DNA from: Candidatus Micrarchaeia archaeon
GTDB taxonomy: Archaea > Micrarchaeota > Micrarchaeia > CAILAH01
DNA: 12,995 nt
Assembly (NCBI GenBank): GCA_038740245.1
Contig: JAVYLZ010000017.1
Coordinates: 1 to 12,995, forward strand
Reading direction: 5' to 3'
Part shown: positions 7,760 through 12,995 of the stretch, in pieces
Position numbering within the stretch: position 1 is the stretch's first letter
How the letters are laid out: each line of letters begins with the position of its first letter
Program-made: the position numbers and the translations under genes
Notes under the pieces: model-generated
The model's input: only the letters and a program-made list of their open reading frames with translations
Databases searched by the model: none
What the model was told of the DNA's origin: nothing

Positions 7760-8719
7760 TTATTCCTCTTTGAGCTTATACTGCTTTGATAGAAGCTTAA
7801 AGCACACTTTCTCTATATCCCTGAACGATGCCGCGGGCAGGTTGCACCCTGCTGCGTGGAGGTGGCCGCCGCCCGTGCCCCCAAATTCAGAAGCAATTGC
7901 GGAAGCCAGCTGCCCCAAGTGAAGGGTGAAGCGCGGTGAAGAGCGCAGTGAGGCACGCACCTCGCCTTCAACCAGCGCATATGCAAGCGCAAAGTCCGCC
8001 TCAAGCGACTCAATTATGCGTGAAGCAACAAGGGATTGGAACCCTTCACAATCACTGAGGACAAATATGAGCCCGCTTTTGGGCTCGCGGTAAAGCCTGT
8101 AGTCCCTAAACGAGCGCGCAAATACGAGCTTCTCTGAGTTTGACATCCGCACTTCCTCAGTGAGGCGCAGCAGCGATTCGTAATCCTTCCCGCATGCATC
8201 AAGCAGCGCGGCAACATCCCTGAACAGGGAGGGGCTGCCCTGCGACTTGAACCTGTACGTATCAGAGATTATGCCGAGAAGAATGAGCTCTGCCTGCTGC
8301 TTTGTCGGGGCCATGCCAGCTGCGACCATATTTTTGTATATAACATAAGTGGTTGAGGGTGCATCGGGCCCGCATATGCTTATGCGCGCAAGCCTGCGCC
8401 GCGATGCATGGTGGTCAACCACTCCCAAAAAAGTTCCAGCTACGCTTGGCAAGAGAGACGGGTCATCAACATCAACAAGAACGGTTGATTCAGGATTTAC
8501 ATCTGTTGAAACTTCATACTTAAGCCCGTATGCTTCGCACACCCTGCGTGCGGCGGCATTGGGCCGGTCAAACAAAACAACTTTTGCGTTCGTGACCAGT
8601 TGCGAGAGCAAAAATGCGCTGCATACGCCGTCTATGTCAGCAAGCGAGTGGGTTGATATCGTGGGCGCGCTGCACTTGGCCAGTGAATCAATGAGTGATG
8701 CAAAATCCCCAGCCACCAC
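7760..8719 (-). CDS. DHH/DHHA1 family phosphoesterase (NrnA-like)
   Basis: THSLADIDG, VDVD, VVDHH, GIISDT, ASLRS and GGGH motifs. GTG start (8719 or 8716) after SD GAGGTG (8730-8725). Confidence 0.92.
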   Translation of the reverse strand: MVAGDFASLIDSLAKCSAPTISTHSLADIDGVCSAFLLSQLVTNAKVVLFDRPNAAARRVCEAYGLKYEVSTDVNPESTVLVDVDDPSLLPSVAGTFLGVVDHHASRRRLARISICGPDAPSTTYVIYKNMVAAGMAPTKQQAELILLGIISDTYRFKSQGSPSLFRDVAALLDACGKDYESLLRLTEEVRMSNSEKLVFARSFRDYRLYREPKSGLIFVLSDCEGFQSLVASRIIESLEADFALAYALVEGEVRASLRSSPRFTLHLGQLASAIASEFGGTGGGHLHAAGCNLPAASFRDIEKVCFKLLSKQYKLKEE

Positions 8720-8857
8720 ACAAACACCTCACGCCCATTAAACGCACGTATGCGCAAACGTGCAGGCCAGATCAGCAAATGCCCGACGATAATGCTGCAT
8801 GCAGAGGGAGCCAATCAAATCCTTCACACGCCCGACTGCACCTTCCCGCATGCTGAA

Positions 8858-9196
8858 TTATTGTGCGCCGCGGGGAGGCCTGTGCTGCGACTCAAACCTG
8901 TCTGCTATTGATTTCATGCGAGACCTTAGCGTCCTCTCATTCTTGTCCAGGCTCTCAAGGCGAAGGTCTATGAGCTGCTTGCGCTCAAGCAAACCCTTCT
9001 CAATCTCATCCTTGCTGCGCTCAATAAGCAGTGTCCCTATCATCTCATAGGTCTTGCCCTCAACATCCTTAAGCGCCTGCAGTGCACGCTCAATATCACT
9101 CTGCTGTATCATAAGCTGCTGCTTCTCAAGCATCATCGCCTGGATTTTTGCCTGGAGCTCCTGAAGCTCCGCAAGTGAGTTTGTATCATTTTCCAT
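8858..9196 (-). CDS. pfdB: Prefoldin beta subunit
   Basis: Coiled coil / YEMIGTLLIE beta-hairpin / coiled coil, 112 aa. ATG 9196 follows an SD-like AGGGTG and overlaps pcc1 by 11 nt. Confidence 0.9.
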   Translation of the reverse strand: MENDTNSLAELQELQAKIQAMMLEKQQLMIQQSDIERALQALKDVEGKTYEMIGTLLIERSKDEIEKGLLERKQLIDLRLESLDKNERTLRSRMKSIADRFESQHRPPRGAQ

Positions 9197-9419
9197 CTTG
9201 CACACACCCTTCAATACTGCACGCCTTTGCAAGGCGCAAGTAATCATTCACGCTTGCGCGCAGCGCTGAGATATCCTTAGCGCGTATCTTAATAAAAACC
9301 TTGCCCCCCTCCTGAACCACAGCTGCCTCGCTGCGCTCGTACGGCTCGCTGAATGTAAGCGCCCTGCACAGCGCGGCAGGATCAGCTGAGGGAAGCTCAA
9401 TTGTGCACGCATACTCCAT
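9186..9419 (-). CDS. pcc1: KEOPS complex subunit Pcc1
   Basis: 77 aa with RS...IKIRAKDISALRASVNDYLRL, the Pcc1 signature, located just before prefoldin beta. ATG 9419 has TTATAA at -30..-25. Confidence 0.88.
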   Translation of the reverse strand: MEYACTIELPSADPAALCRALTFSEPYERSEAAVVQEGGKVFIKIRAKDISALRASVNDYLRLAKACSIEGCVQDGK

Positions 9420-9442
9420 GGCATAATATTGGACCTGCAACA

Positions 9443-9458
9443 GTTATAACAATTAAAG
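9443..9458. promoter_or_regulatory. Back-to-back TATA elements of a divergent promoter (pcc1 / membrane protein)
   Basis: 61-nt intergenic gap. Palindromic GTTATAAC (9443-9450) is placed correctly for pcc1, and AATTAAAG (9451-9458) is at -30..-23 for ATG 9481. Confidence 0.5.
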
Positions 9459-9480
9459 CTTTGCCACGCAAGTATGGCAT

Positions 9481-10395
9481 ATGCCTGGAAGGGACCGCTT
9501 GTGGGCAAGTGCCGAAGGCGCACTTTCGTTCTACAACCAGAATATTGCAGGCATCTTGCCGTTTTGCTTGATGTTCCTGGTGCCCGCATCGCTTTATGTT
9601 GTCGCGTGGTACGTAATAGGCACCGTGCAGGGGCCGGCGTGCTTTAACGGGGATTACATAATAGAGCTCCTGTTCTGCACCAGATACTTGGGAATGCTTG
9701 GCAAGCACGCGGTCGCAGTGTTCCTGAGCGCGTTTACGATTGTGCCGTTTGCCGCACTTGTGCACGCGGTGAATAACATACACATGCGGTATGACACGGA
9801 TATGCTTGTTGCTCTCAGGAACAGCATGCCAGGCCTCACAAAAATACTTCTTTTCAGGGCCGCGCTTACCGTAACCGTATTCCTGCCGTTTATCATAGTG
9901 CTACTTATGAGCGGCGATGTGGTAACCTCTGAAATCACCGCCAAGGGCGTGCTGACGCTTTCAACAATGCTCACACCCGCGCTTATGCCGCTTACCGTAG
10001 CCCTGCTTCTAGGCTTTGCGCTTACAGCGATGCTTGAGCCGGTATTCCAGTACGTTGAGTATGAGGTGCTGCTCACTGGGGCGCGGGTGCGCAACGCAAT
10101 ATGGATGTCCTACTCGCTGGCGATGCGGTTCAAAAAAGAGTCCTTCATTATCGGCATGTTTTTTGTTTTGCTGTGGGCGCACTTACTCCTCGTAAAGCAC
10201 ACCTACCTCTCAAGGCCGGAGCTGTGCATCGGCCTGCTTGCAACCATTTTCATAGAAGGGATGCTGATATTCCCCCTCAGGACCATCACGCTCTACAACC
10301 TTTGGAAGGAGCTTAACGCGGGATATGTGGGGGAGGACAATGCCCTGGCCAAAGAGGAGTTAAAAAGCTATACAGGCAAAATGTTGCTGGGATAG
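9481..10395 (+). CDS. Hypothetical polytopic membrane protein, 304 aa
   Basis: About 6 long hydrophobic segments separated by short amphipathic stretches (ALRNS, AIWMSYSLA). No specific family assigned. Confidence 0.8.
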   Translation: MPGRDRLWASAEGALSFYNQNIAGILPFCLMFLVPASLYVVAWYVIGTVQGPACFNGDYIIELLFCTRYLGMLGKHAVAVFLSAFTIVPFAALVHAVNNIHMRYDTDMLVALRNSMPGLTKILLFRAALTVTVFLPFIIVLLMSGDVVTSEITAKGVLTLSTMLTPALMPLTVALLLGFALTAMLEPVFQYVEYEVLLTGARVRNAIWMSYSLAMRFKKESFIIGMFFVLLWAHLLLVKHTYLSRPELCIGLLATIFIEGMLIFPLRTITLYNLWKELNAGYVGEDNALAKEELKSYTGKMLLG

Positions 10396-10396
10396 C

Positions 10397-11692
10397 ATGT
10401 TTTCGGTACTTTCAGAGGCACGGCGCGTAAACGAGATAATCAACAACTACGAGCTGCCATCAGGCGAGGATGACTGCATCATAAAGATTGATGAGATATC
10501 TGAGATTAGGGAGCGCCTCATTGACAGGGGGTTCGCGAAATCGTTTTTGCCAAAGGGGTTTTCACTGCCTGAGGATGCAAGCGCACAGGAGATACGCGAT
10601 GTGCAGCGCCAAATAAAGGAGATGAGGTATGCCGACTACCTCAAGAAAAGCACGCTGCGCAGGCTTGACCACGCAATGGCATCATACCGCATTGCGCACC
10701 TGCATTTCAAAAGCGGTGCGCTCAGTAATGCATACCGCAACCTGCCGTATGACGGCAACGTTCTCGGGCGGGTTGCGCGGTTCGGTGCAACGGCCGCACG
10801 GCTGTATTTTGAGATAAAGGAGCTGCTTAGCGGCCAGCTTGAGCAGCTTGGCATATCAATAGAGGTTGCAGTGCCATCAGAGCAGGGCGTAAAATACGAG
10901 CGCGTGCAGCTTTACGGCGTAAAGAATGTTGATGATTACATTGCAAATATGTATGGGAGGGATGCCGAGGTTGTGAGGACAAAGATTATAACGCGCCACA
11001 GGAGCATGCTCAGCTCGGTGGCATACCGGCGGGTGCTTGCGTGCGCATACGCAACAAGCGCATTTGCCGGGAAAAATGTTTCACTCCCGAAAACCGAAAG
11101 CAAAAAGCTCATGCAGTATATGCAGATACTTGAAAAATACGGGATCCAGGAGCCGGTGCGCACGGATGTGATGCCTGAGGCGCGGCCTGAGCTTCTTGAC
11201 CAGCTTGAGAAAGGGGGCCTGCTTTCGTGGGCCAACGGGAAGGCGGTGCTTGACGAGGAATTAAGCGCAGCACTTAACGAGGCCTCCGCACGTAGGCACT
11301 GGGAATATGCAAAGGATGCATATGCAAAGATGTCTACGGACATAATACGGCTGGTTATGCTCACATCAAAGAGCACGCGGAGAAGCATGGGCGTGTTCTC
11401 CTTTGACGATGACTTTTCGCTTATATGGCCCGTTGCCGAGAAGGCAGGGCTGGCAGGCCTTGCGCGTGCATATGAGATGATGGCCAAAAAGTGCGAGATT
11501 GAGGAGGCGCTGGGGTTTGCGGACAGGGACATCGGGCCGGCGGTGTTCGCGTATTACCAGGGGCCGGAAAAGCTCAGGGAGCTGTTCGGCCGCAGCATAA
11601 AGGATCTCGGCAATGATTACGAGGTTGTGAGGGCGTACATTGAGGGAAGGGGTGGCAAGGGTGAGGAATTCCTTGAACATCTCAAAAAATGA
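10397..11692 (+). CDS. DUF530-like archaeal protein of unknown function, 431 aa
   Basis: Long ORF starting 1 nt after the previous stop. The segments RGF, AMASYRIAHL, LPYDG and the terminal RGGKGEEFLEHL resemble DUF530 proteins as I recall them; not verified by a search. Confidence 0.7.
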   Translation: MFSVLSEARRVNEIINNYELPSGEDDCIIKIDEISEIRERLIDRGFAKSFLPKGFSLPEDASAQEIRDVQRQIKEMRYADYLKKSTLRRLDHAMASYRIAHLHFKSGALSNAYRNLPYDGNVLGRVARFGATAARLYFEIKELLSGQLEQLGISIEVAVPSEQGVKYERVQLYGVKNVDDYIANMYGRDAEVVRTKIITRHRSMLSSVAYRRVLACAYATSAFAGKNVSLPKTESKKLMQYMQILEKYGIQEPVRTDVMPEARPELLDQLEKGGLLSWANGKAVLDEELSAALNEASARRHWEYAKDAYAKMSTDIIRLVMLTSKSTRRSMGVFSFDDDFSLIWPVAEKAGLAGLARAYEMMAKKCEIEEALGFADRDIGPAVFAYYQGPEKLRELFGRSIKDLGNDYEVVRAYIEGRGGKGEEFLEHLKK

Positions 11693-12101
11693 TTTTGTCC
11701 GCCTGCATGGGAAAAACAGCGAAGTGCTTGCCACTATAAGTGCGCATCCCAACGCAGAAAACTTTTTTGTTGCGCGCAAGCTGAGCAACAGGATGTTCTA
11801 CCTTCTCCTGAAAATGACCGCCGTCAAGCGCATAATGGTAAGCGAGCGGCTCGGTCTTTCACTGCCGCACAACTGCCTGCAGGCGATTAAGAAAACCGGA
11901 GTGCAGGTGATACTTGTGCGCGGGGCAAGGCGCGGCAGGCCGAAAAAATACGGAGTAAAAATCGCAAGGGTTGCCGGGTCAAAATCCCTGTCAAGGGCAA
12001 GCAAAAGGAGCGGCATCCCGCTGCGCACGCTCTACTACCACAGGGAAAAAATGCGCGCTAAGAACGCGCGCGAGCTGAAAACGAGGTATAGATTTTTATA
12101 A
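11673..12101 (+). CDS. DUF1699-like protein with RGRP motif and C-terminal HTH
   Basis: Basic protein with RRGRPKKY followed by SLSRASKRSGIPLRTLYYH (HTH). TTG start at 11673 is 6 nt after SD GGTGAGG (11660-11666) and overlaps the upstream gene by 20 nt. Confidence 0.75.
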   Translation: MNISKNDFVRLHGKNSEVLATISAHPNAENFFVARKLSNRMFYLLLKMTAVKRIMVSERLGLSLPHNCLQAIKKTGVQVILVRGARRGRPKKYGVKIARVAGSKSLSRASKRSGIPLRTLYYHREKMRAKNARELKTRYRFL

Positions 12102-12102
12102 T
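12093..12102 (+). promoter_or_regulatory. Putative TATA box for the Lys-rich micro-ORF
   Basis: TTTTTATAAT starting at -29 from ATG 12122, the same geometry as the other leaderless genes in the window. It overlaps the upstream stop codon. Confidence 0.55.
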
Positions 12103-12121
12103 TAAGTGCAGATATGTGTGC

Positions 12122-12160
12122 ATGGCAAAAAAGAAAGCAGCTAAGAAAAAGAAGAAATAA
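12122..12160 (+). CDS. Putative 12-aa lysine-rich micropeptide MAKKKAAKKKKK
   Basis: ATG GCA AAA AAG AAA GCA GCT AAG AAA AAG AAG AAA TAA. Variation falls at synonymous third positions, and the ORF is flanked by a TATA box and a hairpin/U-tract. Confidence 0.65.
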   Translation: MAKKKAAKKKKK

Positions 12161-12163
12161 TTT

Positions 12164-12198
12164 TGAAGAATCCCTGGGAGGTTCTTCATTTTCTTTTT
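12164..12198 (+). terminator. Stem-loop plus U-tract terminator
   Basis: TGAAGAA (12164-12170) and TTCTTCA (12182-12188) form a perfect inverted repeat, immediately followed by TTTTCTTTTT (12189-12198). Confidence 0.6.
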
Positions 12199-12246
12199 AA
12201 ATTTTCCAGGCATAATCTCTTCTCGTTTTATTGAGGTGTTTGAAAA

Positions 12247-12477
12247 ATGGAAGCAAAAAGGCCTTTTGATGTGCTTAACGGCTCGCTGAACAAGGATGTC
12301 ATCATCCGCCTTAAGGGCAACCTTGAGCTCCGCGGAAGGATGACTGCGTATGACATCCACATGAACCTTGTCCTTGAGAATACCGAGCAGCTTGAGAACG
12401 GTGAAGCAAAACGGAAATTGGGAACTATGCTGCTCAGGGGAGACAGCGTAATCTTCATCTCACCGTACATTCCCTAA
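12247..12477 (+). CDS. Sm-like archaeal protein (Lsm/SmAP, RNA-binding)
   Basis: RPFDVL, Sm1 motif LRGRMTAYDIHMNLVL and Sm2 motif LLRGDSVIFISP. SD GAGGTG at 12233-12238; TTTTTAAA at 12194-12201 is a possible TATA box. Confidence 0.96.
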   Translation: MEAKRPFDVLNGSLNKDVIIRLKGNLELRGRMTAYDIHMNLVLENTEQLENGEAKRKLGTMLLRGDSVIFISPYIP

Positions 12478-12995
12478 TTTTTGCCTTTTGTAAAATATTC
12501 AATGCGCGCCACATACTTCGGCGGCCAGAGTATTTCCTCAACCGTCTGGGGGGGATGCGTAGTAAGGCACCGTATCAAATACTTGGGTGCGAGATTGAGA
12601 TTTTGTGAAACATACTCAACAAATTTATACCCTGCACAGTACACATCAAGCAATTGATAGCAATTGTGCTTGAGCGCATAATTCACTTGAGATATCCAGT
12701 CCTTGCGCCGCATAAACAGTTTTGCCTTGTGCGCATATTTCATTAGAATTTCGCGGCAAGATCTTGGATAATTGAGCATCATATAAATATCGCGCAACAG
12801 CTCTGCGGCGAAGTTGAAGTACCTAAATACAGAAGAGTCAATCCTATAGTAAATTTTTAGGAATATGTTGGGCTTAAGCTGCAGGCATTTTATTTCCGAA
12901 TACTTTGCAAGACCCTCATTCAGCACCCTATCGACAAAAGTTAATTTGGAGTTTGTGCTTATAGCCGCACGGGCCCTAAGGCTGCAGCGCTGATT
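12474..12995 (-). CDS. C-terminal part of a putative zincin-like metallopeptidase-domain protein (5' end outside window)
   Basis: The frame stays open from 12926 to the window edge (NQRCSLRARAAISTNSKLTFVDRVLNEG...). It contains LNEGLAKY, YCAGYKFV and PPQTVEEILWPPKY. No HExxH is visible. Convergent 4-nt overlap with the Sm gene. Confidence 0.55.
   Translation of the reverse strand, partial: NQRCSLRARAAISTNSKLTFVDRVLNEGLAKYSEIKCLQLKPNIFLKIYYRIDSSVFRYFNFAAELLRDIYMMLNYPRSCREILMKYAHKAKLFMRRKDWISQVNYALKHNCYQLLDVYCAGYKFVEYVSQNLNLAPKYLIRCLTTHPPQTVEEILWPPKYVARIEYFTKGKN

Noticed and set aside
7152..7922. 256-aa plus-strand ORF
   Set aside because: Ser-rich antisense shadow of prs and the DHH gene.
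9197..9247. N-terminal extension of prefoldin beta given in the ORF track
   Set aside because: It lies inside pcc1. ATG 9196 has an SD-like site and gives a normal length.
12058..12360. 100-aa minus-strand ORF containing FFFFLAAFFFAM
   Set aside because: This is the reverse complement of the Lys-rich micro-ORF and the Sm gene; the expression signals favour the plus strand.
1..12995. tRNA, rRNA, transposase, integrase or terminal inverted repeats
   Set aside because: None recognised by eye, and the intergenic gaps are short and otherwise explained. A covariance-model search was not possible.

Overview
Gene-dense archaeal chromosomal window. The GAGGTG/GGTGA Shine-Dalgarno (SD) sites, TATA boxes and archaeal-type genes show this; a DPANN/Micrarchaeota-like origin is only a guess. 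On the minus strand are a 2-oxoacid:ferredoxin oxidoreductase alpha subunit (the beta subunit runs off the left edge), a small hypothetical gene, an upper mevalonate-pathway cluster (XRE-HTH regulator, HMG-CoA synthase, thiolase, DUF35 scaffold), an unusually long PRPP synthetase and Pcc1-prefoldin beta-DHH phosphoesterase. On the plus strand are a bPH_2 membrane protein, a membrane protein/DUF530-like/DUF1699-like HTH cluster and an Sm/Lsm gene. The 3' part of a probable zincin-like gene enters from the right edge. Two things not in the ORF track stand out. (1) An apparently self-contained 12-codon gene, MAKKKAAKKKKK (12122-12160), has its own TATA box and a hairpin/U-tract. (2) A 37-nt 'LKKL-stop-9 nt-ATG' gene junction occurs three times between the regulator and HMG-CoA synthase, with a chain of tightly abutting mini-ORFs in between. 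No RNA genes, CRISPR arrays or mobile elements were recognised.
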